A stretch of DNA of 59,081 nucleotides, filler included, from Dugesia japonica (taxonomy: Eukaryota): assembly GCA_001938525.1 (NCBI GenBank). It is 5 parts of 5 records of this genome, joined end to end, with 100 filler letters (N's around TTAATTAATTAA, not from the genome) between each part and the next. Parts side by side here need not be neighbours in the genome. Positions count along the whole stretch, not along the records: positions 25,991 to 36,617 come from MQRL01578011.1; positions 36,718 to 48,818 come from MQRL01587229.1; 3 more parts are not named here. One strand, written 5' to 3'. Numbering within the stretch: position 1 is the stretch's first letter; every line of letters begins with the position of its first letter. A model generated the notes under the pieces. The model searched no databases. It worked only from the letters and a program-made list of their open reading frames with translations, and had not been told where the DNA came from. Position numbers and translations under genes: made by a program. Of the stretch, positions 35,535 through 48,900 are shown one piece after another.

Positions 35535-37569
35535 TTGATAAAAAAAAATATATGTTTTGAGTTTTCGTAATTTAAATATAATTATCATAACTAATTTTAA
35601 TATAATCAATTTTTTCATAGAATTATATATATTTAATATCACCAAAACATTCTAAACATAATTCAACTAAGTATAAAATTAACTTTGTAAATAATTTCAG
35701 TTTTGTTTTCTTTTCTGCAACTTTGCTTAGAGCGCTTGATTTTGATTGAGAATTTCTCCTGATTGTGTTCCTATTATTTTCCTACTAAAATACTTTCGTT
35801 CTAGAATTCCAAAACAGGTATAGTTAAATGATCTTTGAAAAATCGTGATCTTACGAATGATTATGTGATGGCTGATTATAAAGCTTCTCGTCAATTCTCT
35901 TTACAAATCAATTTGGCAAAAATAAAGCTTGGTTAGCTTAACAAAATAATTAAAATTTTTGTCTATATTCTTCTAATTTTCTGGGGGTTTAAGTATCGTT
36001 TTACAAGACACCCAAACTTGTTTGGCATTGGCCCGTTATTTTTACTTCAAACTTCTGGTTTCTCATTGGCGATGGTGCCGATTTTCAGAGTTTTTACGGA
36101 TTTTTTGGCATTCTATTGGTGCCTATTTTTGGAATGGCACATGATAATGATTCCTTTGTTCTAATTTTATTTTTAGATTACCTATTGGTTCGTTCTTTAA
36201 GGTCCTGCAGTACCCTTCTGGATGATGGTAAAATTTTTGGAGTGTAAAATTCAGATACCCTGTCCTATTTTCTTTTTGAATTTTCTTGCGCCGAACTCCT
36301 GCGATTTCCTGGAGCAAAGTTATTCTCCTAAAATGAATTTCGGCCAAATTTTAATTTATTTTATACTTTATTTAATAAATATTTTTTCGTGATTAATTAT
36401 TTTTGTTAATAATTTGCTTTTTTCTTTTGATTATAGTTTATAATTTCTTTTAATTGATGCAATTTGGGCAGGTTGTGTTTGGTTATCTAAGCTCTTCATT
36501 TTCGATTTTTTCTTAATTTCCAAAATTTAATACTTTATTATCTACTTCTGCTGGATCTTTATCCTTGATTTTCTTTCTGGTTTAATTGGTTTTGCCGTGT
36601 TTTGTATTTATTGTTATNNNNNNNNNNNNNNNNNNNNNNNNNNNNNNNNNNNNNNNNNNNNTTAATTAATTAANNNNNNNNNNNNNNNNNNNNNNNNNNN
36701 NNNNNNNNNNNNNNNNNTGCTTCGACCGAATTTCTTATCTAAAATATGATTTGCATTTTTATTCATGAAAAAAAGTACATTGTTAGTTGAAACTGATTAT
36801 GCATACTCTTTATACGCTTCTTTATAAAATATCAATTTTATTTTATCATAATTCTTTTCATTTGACAGCCGGTTGCTTATTCTCTGCTGGGTATTTCAAT
36901 GTCGACTTTTTGGAAAATTCAGCTAGTGCTGAAGACTTTGAAATGTGAGAATTAAAATAAATTTATGAATGAATTTTATGCTTCATTAAACGTAGTGGAT
37001 AATACGGATTCTGGATTGTGTCATTTCTTTTTGACATTTCATTCTTTGAAAATTCTATTCAAAGAAAACTGCACACCATTTCGTTTCAGTATAGTACAAA
37101 GCATAAATGCCAACATCATTGGCACAAAATATAAAAACAGAAAATATTATGTGTAAAGAAAATGAAACAAAAACATTCAATTTATACAATAATGTGGAGT
37201 CAATTTCAAAATATTTTTTTTTACCTTTTTCTCAACATTTTAAATTCACATATATTTTTACTGAATAAATCTTTATATTTTAAACTGATTTACTTTAAAT
37301 CTAAATTAAGTTTTCTATTTTTCTGGATAAACTTTTAAATTAAAGCATAGTCGAAGAATTCTTGTCAACACTTATTTCAAGCATACAGTAACTTTTCAGT
37401 AAATATTTTATTAAATTCTATTTTAATTTTTATAAAGATTTGTATTAATAAAAATATAATTAAATAATTATTAACAGAAAAATATTGTTAAAATGTAGAA
37501 AAATCCACGTAAGTGTGTGTCTGTGAACGTTTAGAATATTTGATGATAAATAAATAAAATCCTAAAATA

Positions 37570-40308
37570 CACAGTCTGAGAATTAAGTTATAAGACTGAC
37601 ACTATATCTACGATGCCAATGCACATATACAGTATGGTCGAAAAAATTAGCAATCCAATAAAAGTTTGAAAAAATTCAATATAAAAATATATTAAAGTGA
37701 AATAAATATCAAAACTACAATATATATTACAGAACACGTTTGCTCTTAAAATTTAAAAATTAAATATAAAATACAATCTATTGTAATATATTTGATTTTT
37801 AACAGTCCAAAAAAATTAAACCTTTCATGAACATTTTATTTTTGTTTTATTAATCCATTTAAGTTATTACAAATACGTTTAAATAAAGTCTAAAATTTAA
37901 ATAAATTAAGTATGTTTAATTAATTGTTTNAAAATTCACAAATAAAGTTATATTTATTCATTTCGTATCATGGGAAGAAATAGCCACTTGACTGAATTTT
38001 TAATGGGGAAAATTGAAGGTTTAAAATGTCAAGGCATATCATTGAATGCCGTTGCGAAACATATTAATAGAAACAAATCAACCATTTCGAAATATATTAA
38101 TAATCAACGAAGTCCAAATGGAAGAAAATGCAAATTATCAATGAGGGATAAAAGGCGCATTATTTGGCTTGCTTTAACAAATAATTTGTCTGAAAGAAAG
38201 CTAAAGACACATCTCAATATTGGAGTGTGAAAGAATACGATACTCAATTAAATAAATGACAGTGGCAACTTGAAATATGCAAAAAAAGATTGGCTGATTC
38301 AAAGTTACAAATTCGACATATTGAAGCTCGTCTTCATTTCGCTAGAAATCACCAAACTTGGGATGTACAATGACGAAATGTAATAATTTCCAATGACCCG
38401 AAATAGTCCAAATGGATTGCAATACTTTTTACAGGACATTATGAACGAAAATGAATATTGCACGTAACGTGTTCGATGCTGCGGATCTGTGATGGTATGG
38501 GGTGGATTTTCTTTTAATGGTACAGTGCCATTGGCGGTTATAAATGGGAGAATTAATACAATACAATATCAAGAAATGTTATCAAATCATTTATTATTAT
38601 TTGTGAAAGTCTTACTGGCGAATCCTGGCTATTTCAACAAGATAATGCTCATACATAATGCAAAATCTACTCTGAAGTGGTTTGAAATAAATAAATCAAC
38701 GTTATAGATTGGCCAACATGTAATCCAGACCTGAATCTGATCGAAAACATTGTGGTATAATGGTGAGAAGTATTGATGATAATGGTAGGCATTATGATAA
38801 TATATAAGATTTGAAAAATGATATTATGAAGGCTTGGAATGAACCGCCGTAACGAACTCGTCAAACGCTTGCGTAATCAATGAAAAATAGAATATTTTAC
38901 CTTATTTTAAATAAGTTAAAAGTTATTAAATACTAGAAGTAAAGCAATTTTCTCACATCTATGCAAATTATAGTAATCCTATTAATAACAGCAAAGCTTG
39001 CTAATTTTTTGACCACCCCATAAACAGATATTTTTGATTTGCATGACATACATGAAATAAATACTTGATTTTTTCTTAACTTTGTTGTTTAAATAAATTA
39101 TTTATTACGTTAAACATTCTGTTTTAGGTTTATTTTTGTAAGCATGTATAAAATATCTAGAAATCTGAGGGGTTGCTAATTTTTTTTAACCACACTGTAT
39201 ATGAAATCTAATATACACATTCAAGCGTAACAATTTTTTTCATTTTGAAATTTTAAGATGTAACAAAGAGCTGTTATCAAATTTACTGCCAAACTTGAAA
39301 AGAATACATGCGAAACATTTCAATTGATGCATCACGTCTACGGTGATCTTTATTTAAGCAGGTCAATGGGTATTCTGTGTAACAGACTTTTCTTGGCAGG
39401 TAGAAAGTCATTGGAAGACGATAAATGTACGGGAAGGTCGATTTCATCTCGAGCATATGGAATTATGGAAAGAGTGACAAACGAATGATGAATTAAGAAT
39501 GATGAAAGAGGCTTTTTTGGTCAATAGAGAAACAATTAGAGTAATTTTACACAAAGATGTGAAAGAAACAAAACTCTGTGTTATATTTGTTCCGTACTCC
39601 TTAACCAACGAAGAGACATTCAGTAGCATTACATATTGCAAAGATATTATTTCAGCTGCTAGAAAAGACGTAAATTTCCTGAAATCAATTGTAACTTGTG
39701 ATGAAGCATAATGCTTTCTATATGATTCCAAGACTAAAAGACAAAGTGCGGAATGGTAGACAAAGAAAATTAAAAAAAGTCCATCAAAAATCAAAACAAT
39801 GCTCATCGTTTTCTTTGATAGTCAAGAATTTTATGATAAAAAGAATTTGCACTGAAACTTTTTAAGAAGTTGTAAAACTTTAGATGGCCAGAATTCGTTA
39901 TATTCATCCAAATTATCGCGATGGAAACAATTTGTGTTTGTTGAAGATAATGCACCCAGCCACATATCAATCATTGTTTATCGATATTAGGCAAAATATA
40001 ATGTCTGTGTGTTGAATCATTACTATGACTTAGAACCCTGTGACTTTTCCTTATTCCCAAATCTTAAAATAAAATTAGAATGGTGTTATTTTAATGAAGT
40101 TACAACCATACAAACAGTTTCGACGTGCTTTTTGGAGGAAATACTTCAACATCAGCTGGAACATGCATTTCAATCTTTATTAAATCAGTGTAACAGATGC
40201 ATTGAAGCCAAAGGTGATTATTTTGAATAAATAAAACAATTAAATTTTTATATTTTGTTTTCTTTTGATTTTACAGACTCAGTCTTAAAACTTACTTATC
40301 ACAATATG
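37570..40308 (+). mobile_element. mariner (DD34D) element interrupted by a Tc1 insertion
   Basis: TIRs TA|CACAGTCTGAGAATTAAGTTATAAGACTGA and TCAGTCTTAAAACTTACTTATCACAATATG|TA. Transposase remnant ~39258-40230: QRAVIKF, SLEDD, IVTCDE, DNAPSH-like, DLEPCDFSLFP, GDYFE. Confidence 0.85.
37630..39197 (+). mobile_element. Tc1 (DD34E) transposon, full length, decayed
   Basis: TA|CAGTATGGTCGAAAAAATTAGCAA ... TTGCTAATTTTTTTTAACCACACTG|TA. Transposase ~37970-38935: MGR, GRKCKLSMRDKR, VMVWGGFS, FQQDNA, WPTCNPDLNLIEN. Confidence 0.92.
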
Positions 40309-41723
40309 TAATTACATATGTTGTGTGATGCATTTTTCTTAGTATAAATATTGATTCAACTTTAGTTTTTTAGTAAATAAAAATGTTTATATTTTTAATG
40401 TATTGAAATTTAAGCGTTTTGACAGAATTTTCTTCATATTTATTTTAATATTTTGTGTTAAGCAATGAATTATTTTATTGATTAATTTAAAATATTATGA
40501 GCTTTATATTGTACACCCCAACAGTTTTCCTGCGGTTTATTTAGTTTGTATGGTTCCTTTCTTGCTATACGTTGTTTACATTATAAGCGTTATTATTTTC
40601 AATTTACAATTTCAACAAAAAATAAAAATTTAACAAGTGAAAATAGAAATTGATATTATTATTAATATAATTGTTTGTTTCAGCATTATTAGGTATTTTT
40701 AGAAAACCATAAATTTTTTAATATTTTTATAATTTAATGCAATAGCATTTCTATTAATAAGGTTTTTATTAATAAGGTTTTTATTAAAATCAATGTTTAT
40801 TAGCGTAAATTTATAAATGTAAATTTCAAATTTAATAGTAGAAATTTTTGCAAATGTTTATTTACAACAGTTTTTTAATGGAAATGCTTAGAATAAAAGC
40901 TTGTTTACAAATTTCCAATTTGAAGTTTAATTTAAGAGTTTTAAATATAAATATTTATTGTAAAAATTATTTTAGGTTTTAAAATAAAGTAAAATATATA
41001 TTTATTAATAACGAATAATAATTTGGTTTTATTTTTTAAATTAATATTTTATATAATTTAAATAATTTAATAAAATATAATAATAATAACTTGTTTAAAT
41101 AAATTATATAAAGCATTAATTGCATAAGGCAATCTTGGGAAGAAACTTTCAAAAAGCAAGAAGAATTTTATAAAAGAATAATTTGTGTTTCAATTAAGTG
41201 TTGACTTGAAATCTCATTGTAATTGAATTAAATGAAGCAAAGAAATAAATCTAATAAATCTATGTTCATATAGTGATAATGTTTTACTTAACTTCATTTC
41301 GGTTGTAAAAAAAGTGGTATTTGTATATTTGATAAATTACATTGANNNNNNNNTTTTTTATTAATATTTCTTGTGTGGTGTCGAGATGTAGTCTGTGCCT
41401 AGTGCTTTCCATGTTATTCGATATTGCTTAGATGATATTGAAGTGTTTATTTATGTCTAAGATATTCTTTAATTATTGTTCTGAATGTTTTTTATGATTC
41501 ACATTTATTTGTATCTTTGTAAAAGGTTGATATTATTTAATAAATTACATTTTTATTTTAAATATTTTCGGATACAGAATAATTTGTTTTGGATTTCTTT
41601 GTCTTTGGGTGTCTAAAAATGTTCGGATTTTGAATATTATTCTTGAATTTAAGTTAGGATTAGTTTATTTTTGTTCGGTTTGTATTCAAAGTGAAATTAG
41701 AAAAGAACAAGTTTAATAGCATT

Positions 41724-42243
41724 TTATGAAAGTACCTATTAAAACCCGTAAAAACATTATTTGATAATATATTTAAAAATATTTAAAATAACCTCTGGCT
41801 TTTCCATCCATTTTTTGACAATCAGCTGAACTTTGTAATCTATATTTAATTTATCGTTTTGATCGATATTAACATTATTCTTTATTTCATCAATAAATTT
41901 ATCATTTGAATTTGTGGAGGAATTATCAGATTTTTTCACATCCCCTTCTGTGAGAACTATGTTGCTTTGTGATTTTCTATTAATATTCGATCTTAATAAT
42001 TTTAATGTTGTAAGGTCAGACTGGTTATTAAACGTTTGAACGGAATCGTTTTCTGATTTGTTTCCTGTTAAATTATGATTATGACTAAGGTGAAAACCGG
42101 TGTCACCATCTGCAGTTTCTGCTAAAGAAGGAAGCTTTGATGGCGAACTAGATAATTTATCATTGACGTGCTTATTAGCGATTGAGTCATCCGATTTTAA
42201 AGACGAATATTCTGTGGAGAATTTATACATTTTTTCTCCCATC
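41724..42243 (-). CDS. Unassigned Ser/Asn/Asp-rich exon plus a probable tiny terminal exon
   Basis: Exon 42243-41793 (ATAATTAG|G ... GAG|GTTATT), a 57-bp intron, then exon 41735-41724 (VLS*); about 150 open codons. Confidence 0.55.
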
Positions 42244-42419
42244 CTAATTATAAATAAATAATAAATTATTAAACCAATGAAATTATTTAAAATAACTAAT
42301 TTTCTAATAGTTAAATTAAAAAATCATTTAGATTTATTGATCGTAAAATAACTAAACAAAAATGGTTCATATTCAAACTTTATTTGTTTTATATATTTAA
42401 ATAAATTAAAATGCTTGGA

Positions 42420-42875
42420 TAAGAATATTTTTTCTGTTATTGTTAGTAATTCAACAAATTGTCTTCTGTAGGAATTATCATTTTGATTTATTCCAGATTA
42501 ATTTATTGAAATAGAAAAATTTTAAGAAAATATTTTATTGTATTTAATTTTAATTGGTTAATTTATTTAAATTATTTTAAATTACATCAATTTTAGATTT
42601 ATCTTCTTTAATTAGTTTTACTTCATGTTTCTTCCTGTGAACTATGGAAATATAAATTCATCCTAATGTTTTCCATGTTATATAATGTTATGGTTCTAGT
42701 GAAATTTTATGTTTGTGTTGAAAGTGTTTCTTTTTGTTTGAGATGTTCTTTAATTCTTGTTTGGATGGTTCTGCATGTTTCCCCTATATACTTATCCTTA
42801 TATAAGGTGCATGTTATTTTATAATTGACATTTTTCTTATTGCATATATTTCTACCATCACAAATACATTTGGGA
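42420..42875 (-). mobile_element. Penelope-like GIY-YIG endonuclease tail and pLTR
   Basis: CIC..NIC.KKNVNYKITC..YIGETCRTIQTRIKEH; a more decayed copy lies at ~41370-41530. Confidence 0.85.
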
Positions 42876-44076
42876 CNNNNNNNNNNNNNNNNNNNNNNNN
42901 NNNNNNNNNNNNNNNNNNNNNNNNNNNNNNNNNNNNNNNNNNNNNNNNNNNNNNNNNNNNNNNNNNNNNNNNNNNNNNNTACATTACTTAGGTACATTTC
43001 TCAGGTAATTTAAATGTAATTAAATTACTGGTTGTTTTTTGTTGGATTTTATTATATTTTGATTTTGCATAACTAGATACCAATGAAGAAATTATATTAA
43101 TTATTTTATATTTTGTATTAATATTTTTTTAATACATTTTGTTTAAATTCTTTGCTTGCATGAAATGTAAACTTTTCAAATTTCAAAAGTTTTACAATAA
43201 TTAAATTAAAGGAATAATTAAAATATTAATTTTACTCAGGAGAGTAACCGAATATCAATGTTCAATGGATGAGAATTGGAATATTATTTGTACTTAAAGA
43301 GATTTTAAATATTAATGTTTATCAATGAGATTTCAATATATTACTGGGGTAATTTGTACTTGTTTATGCACTTTACACATACATTCGTCTACATTTACAC
43401 ATTTTGCGCACATTTCAGCCAATCAAATAACTGAATTTATTATGTATGTTTTATTGATTTTTACTTATGATATTCTCGTTCAGTATAATAATCTCTTGTG
43501 ATGTCATAATATTTAAACTTATCCTTCATAGATTTTCAACCAATCAAACAGTAATATTGATTCATAAATTTTAAATATCTGAGATTTTTTTAATTTTTAT
43601 ATTTATTATATTAAAATTTATTTTTTAAAACATTCAAATATTAAAAGTAAAAAAGTAAAACAAATTTTTAATATATAAACATTTTTTAAATACAAGTTAT
43701 TTAAATAATTTCTTTATGTAAAATAAAATATTTCATAAAAATTAAAACCGATATTTTTTTAAATATTTTATTAAAATTTCTCAGATAATTTGTTTGAATA
43801 CTGTGAATTAATCTTCATCTTTTTTTCACTTTATTCAAAAACTTGTAATAATAAATAAAAACTTATGGATAGTTGTGAGGTTTTGAATTTAACTAATAAA
43901 TCCGATTTTAAAAGTAATTAATAAATATAACCGTGTATAAAAATGAGCGCGGCTGCATGATTTATGGGAAAAAATTTAATTTCGGGTAATCATATAGCAG
44001 CTACATAATCTACGATGTTATCCATCGGGACAGCGTAAGGTTTTGTAATTAAAATTACATATGACGTAATTCATTA

Positions 44077-45268
44077 CTTAAGCAATTAAATAGCCCATGG
44101 CACACTCATTCTGGTTAGGTAATCATAAATACACATGANCTTATCACTGCGATACTATATATTATTANATAATCATTATCCAACCGAATTTTCAAAACAT
44201 TGTTACGTCACAGAGAATGTTCCAATCCAGCACTTCCTTCCTGCTAAAGAAGAATTTATTGAAATAATTTTTAAAAGATAAAATATTGCAAAAGGTCAAG
44301 TTAAAAGTTAAAATTTTTTGAATTTATTTTATTTAATAAATTTTTAATTTGTAGTTCTCTTAATAAGCTTGCTCTAATTAGTAAAAATTATTGAAGCTCT
44401 ACCATATTCGTATATTTGTTCTAACAGAAGATGCAAAAATATCTTCATAAATGTTTCCTATGGATAACGGAGTACAAACAAGCACATCTGATGAACGATT
44501 AAAATTATATATTTCTTTGATTTAGAGGTTTAATTTTATCTTATTGCTTCCATTTTCTCCGTCACTTACAGTCGCTACAGAATCAATGTGCAATCTTGGA
44601 AAATTAAGTTTATATTAATTAGATTTGGTAAACTTTATTTTGAATGACANNNNNNNNNNNNNNNNNNNNNNNNNNNNNNNNNNNNNNNNNNNNNNNNNNT
44701 AAGCAATTAAATAGCCCATGGCACACTCATTCTGGTTAGGTAATCATAAATACACATGATCTTATCACTGCGACACTATATATTATTATATAATCATTAT
44801 CCAACCGAATTTTCAAAACATTGTTACGTCACAGAGAATTTTCCAATACAGCACTTCCTTCCTGCTAAAGAAAAATTTATTGAAATAATTTTTAAAAGAT
44901 AAAATATTGCAAAAGGTCAAGTTAAAAGTTACAATGTTTTGAATTTGTTTTATTTAATAAATTTTTAATTTGTAGTTTTCTTAATTAGCTTGCTCTAATT
45001 AGTAAAATCATTGAAGCTCTACCATATTCGTATATTTGTTCTAACAGAAGATGCAAAAATATCTTCATAAATATTTCCTATGGATAACGGAGTACAGACA
45101 AGTACATCTGATGAACGATTAAAATTATATATTTCTTTGATTTAGAGGTTTAATTTTATCTTATTACTTCCATTTTCTCCGTCGCTTACAATCGATACAG
45201 AATCAATGTGCAATCTTGGAAAATTAAGTTTATATTAATTAGATTTGGTAAACTTTATTTTGAATGAC
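44077..45268. repeat. ~570-bp direct duplication flanking an N gap (44077-44649 and 44700-45268)
   Basis: Near-identical copies with scattered substitutions; each contains the last two exons of the minus-strand gene. Confidence 0.9.
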
Positions 45269-45954
45269 ATATGATAAACAATCAAATTAAACATTACATT
45301 TCAACATTGAACTCCTGCAAATGTAGACAAACTCCTTGTAAAACCAATGCTCTTTGTAAAGTCGATTGGTTTTGTGAAGCTGCAGATAATGCAAATGCTA
45401 ACATAGTTGGACATTTCGGTTGTTCAAGATGCGTTTTCAATCTTTCACCGAACAAATTTGAAGTGGGCTTTGTTTCTGTAGCTCGATAATAGAAGTATAA
45501 TAAATCTATAAAAACGTCGACTCCGAGAGATCTAATTTGAATAATGACAAAACCAATTTTAACAAACAAATACTACATACGATAATTTAAATATCAGTTG
45601 ATTTTTAGATAGTGACATACTTTCCGTTAATGGATTTGAGTCCAACTGATCACGAATGATTCGATCAGTACAATTTATTAAAGCTGTGGCTTGATCTAGC
45701 CACTGATCTCCACTTCTTAAAAGATCAGTGATAAATTGAATTACATGTTTAATTTTTAATAATGTAGATAATTGTTGACGATTTCTAACACACGCTTCAA
45801 TAGATAAACTGCCAAAATCAGTTTTATCATCTGAATTATACATATTCGATTTTGTTGATGAGATACAAACCACTGATGAGAGGAATTGGTGAATAACTTC
45901 ACTAATTGCCCGCAATTTTGGTAACTTAGAATCCTTATTTCTTGATATTAACTC
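45019..45954 (-). CDS. Last four exons of a gene, probably Zwilch (RZZ kinetochore complex)
   Basis: Exons 45954-45581, 45531-45298, 45214-45168 and 45107-45019 splice in frame (GT-AG) to ...SSVRTNIRIW*, followed by AATAAA. ELISRN, QQLSTLLKIKHVIQFI and NPL...IFKL recall the Zwilch C-terminus. The exon structure is more certain than the identity. Confidence 0.5.
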
Positions 45955-48900
45955 CTGTATCATATATGAATCATTTATTAGTAATTTGTACAATTTGAAT
46001 TAATGAAATTAAAGTAATATTAAATCATCATAAAAATATTATATCCAATTACACTACCCCCCCCCAATATAACGGCATTGTTTTACAACGGTGTCTTAAC
46101 AATAACGTATAAAATAAAAACAATAAAAATGCTTCTTCTTCTTATTATTAATATTATTAAATTATTTAATGGATTTTTAATTTCAAACGTCAAATAATCA
46201 ATGTTAACACAGAAGAGGAATCGGAAGATAGTGAGGTGAGATGGTCAGGAAATAGGCAAAGAAATAGGAATCTAGTAGTTTATCTGAAAATAAAGATAAG
46301 CAAAATTGCTGGGTGTAATATAATTGGTCAGGAATCTTCAAACCATTTGATCCTAGGGCTACCTTGAGCGTGCTACAAAGTCAAGGGGGCCATTTCCTAG
46401 CATGCAAACATAATATTGGATAGAAATAAGAACCAGAGAAAATATATGCTCCTAAATATTTTGAGGAATGTACCTAAAAAACAAAGTCTTAATAAAAACG
46501 ACCTCAAACTGTTTTATAGTATCACAAATCGTTAATTTATATTTAATTTATATTTTATTATTATTATAATATTCATAAAAAAAGTTTTATTTTTCATTGA
46601 AAATTTAACTATAAAAAATAAAATAGACCCCGACCCTTAAATAAACTACCCCTTCCTTTATTTAACTAAAACTAAAATATTTTATTTCTCAGACCTTCAA
46701 ATAAACCCCCACCCTCGTTATTGATGATATAATAAATTACGTTTTTAACCATTATTGATGTATTTTAATAAATATAGAAATTCTTTTGTTGAAGAAGATT
46801 CGCCGACTACAATTAAAAAGGTGGGATCAAAACATTTTTCAATTTCGACGGCAGAATGTATCAAATTTAGAATTACAGGACTATCCATGTGGATCTTAAA
46901 AACAATCTATTATCATTGTTAAGGATAACGGAGAAAGTGTTTCGTTGTCAAAGGGAGTTGTTAAAATGACAGATGAAAATTCTTGGACGAGATCTTCCTT
47001 GTTAAAAAAGCGGATTGATTTTATCTTTCCAATAGTTACAACCGAAAGGAACAAAATATTCGATACAAAAGTATTCGATAGCGCAAAGTGCTAAATTTTA
47101 AAGGATGTACAAATGTATTTAGAAAATAGAACTATTAAATGCGCTTAAAGCTAAATTTGAAAACGATTAACTTCACATTATTTATTAAAATGATTTTAAA
47201 AAACAGTTTCCGGGTATTTAAAATGTTTCAATATAGTCAGAGGCTTTTTTATTACGTATATAAATGCTATATTGATTTTCAAAAATAAACAATCTCTTGG
47301 TTTTTAGAGTTTTACATAAGATTTTCATCGTTAGTTATAGGAAGTCATCTATATTATAAGGAATGATATTTCAAATTTCGAAAAGTTTATGTTCTTGATA
47401 ATGTTCGGTTTGCTGGGGAAAATGTATTTTTCCAAAAGTTCAAATTATAAAAATAAGAACTTTTTGAAACCCTACCGTAAAATGGTTTACATATTCGCAA
47501 GCAGAGCAAAATATCTCATCTGAAACTATATAAAGCTTTTGGAAACTATAAAGAAATATCAAAAATGAACACCTGAATATATACGTATTTTATTAAATAT
47601 CAATTGTATTAATATTGACTTTTTTATTAAAAATATTACATTTTTAATATTAACTAATAATTACAAATTTATTTTTGCAATTCGAATTGCTAATAAACAA
47701 AAAATACATCATTTTTGATCACCTTTTTTTTATTTATTGAAACTTTATAAATGCGATAGTTGGTTAAGGCTAATATTTATTCTAGTAATTTAATTAAATT
47801 TAAATGTCAATTTAATTAAATCAGAAATAACATTATTGAAATCAAGTGAAATTTATCAAATTTATAACGCGGTTTATTGAAAACTTAATAACAAAATTTT
47901 CAAATTTTTAAATGATGAATATGAAGTTGAAATAATTGAGACTCTTAATGACTCTCATGATTGGGATTAAATAAATAATTTTTTTCGATATTATTATTTT
48001 ATTTATTCATTTAATATTAATATTGTTAGGTAATTTTAAAAATTCGTAGATATTTTTAAAATTTAATGCAATAATGTTTTAATGTTTATATGCAAATCAA
48101 TGTTTATTAGTTTAAATTTTTAAATGNNNNNNNNNNNNNNNNNNNNNNNNNNNNNNNNNNNNNNNNNNNNNNNNNNNNNNNNNNNNNNNNNNNNNNNNNN
48201 NNNNNNNNNNNNNNNNNNNNTTTTATCGTTTTATTATTTTTAATTCGAAAGTTTTATATTTGTAAAATATATTTTTAAATAAATATAATAAATTTGTTTA
48301 ACTTTATTATTATTTAAAAATATAAATTGGGAAAGGCAAGTTTTGAAAGAAGCGTTCAAAACGCAACAAGAATTTCAAAGAAGAATTATTTGTATTTTAA
48401 ATAAAGTATTGAATCAAAAGTCTTATTTTAGTTGATTNNNNNNNNNNNNNNNNNNNNNNNNAACAAATATAATCCATGATAGATGTTATTATTTTTTTTA
48501 TTTTATTGAATATTAACCAATATTTATTAACTATTTTTATAAGACAATCCTGAAATTATATTTATGACTTTTGATTATGATTTAGAATATGATTGAACGT
48601 ATTTATGAAGAAAGAAAACAATTGGTTTGATTCGGAAAATACCGATACAGACGGTACCGAAAGTATAATACATCTACCATATAGAATTCTTCAAATTATA
48701 TAATTATTGATATATAAATTGCAAATAATCCAAAGGAATAATGTATGCACTCTCAAATATGTAAAAAAGAATATACTATGATCTCTCAATTTCTGTTATT
48801 TTATAAAACCAATATGTGNNNNNNNNNNNNNNNNNNNNNNNNNNNNNNNNNNNNNNNNNNNNTTAATTAATTAANNNNNNNNNNNNNNNNNNNNNNNNNN

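Noticed and set aside
35700-36600. Minus-strand coding-like stretch beyond the LTR
   Set aside because: Fragmented, with no recognisable motif; cannot be assigned.
41793-41860. IDYKVQLIVKKWMEKPE resembles a DmX/Rabconnectin-3 segment
   Set aside because: The next plausible exon reads VLS* rather than the expected IHPxDG, and no upstream WD exons are visible.
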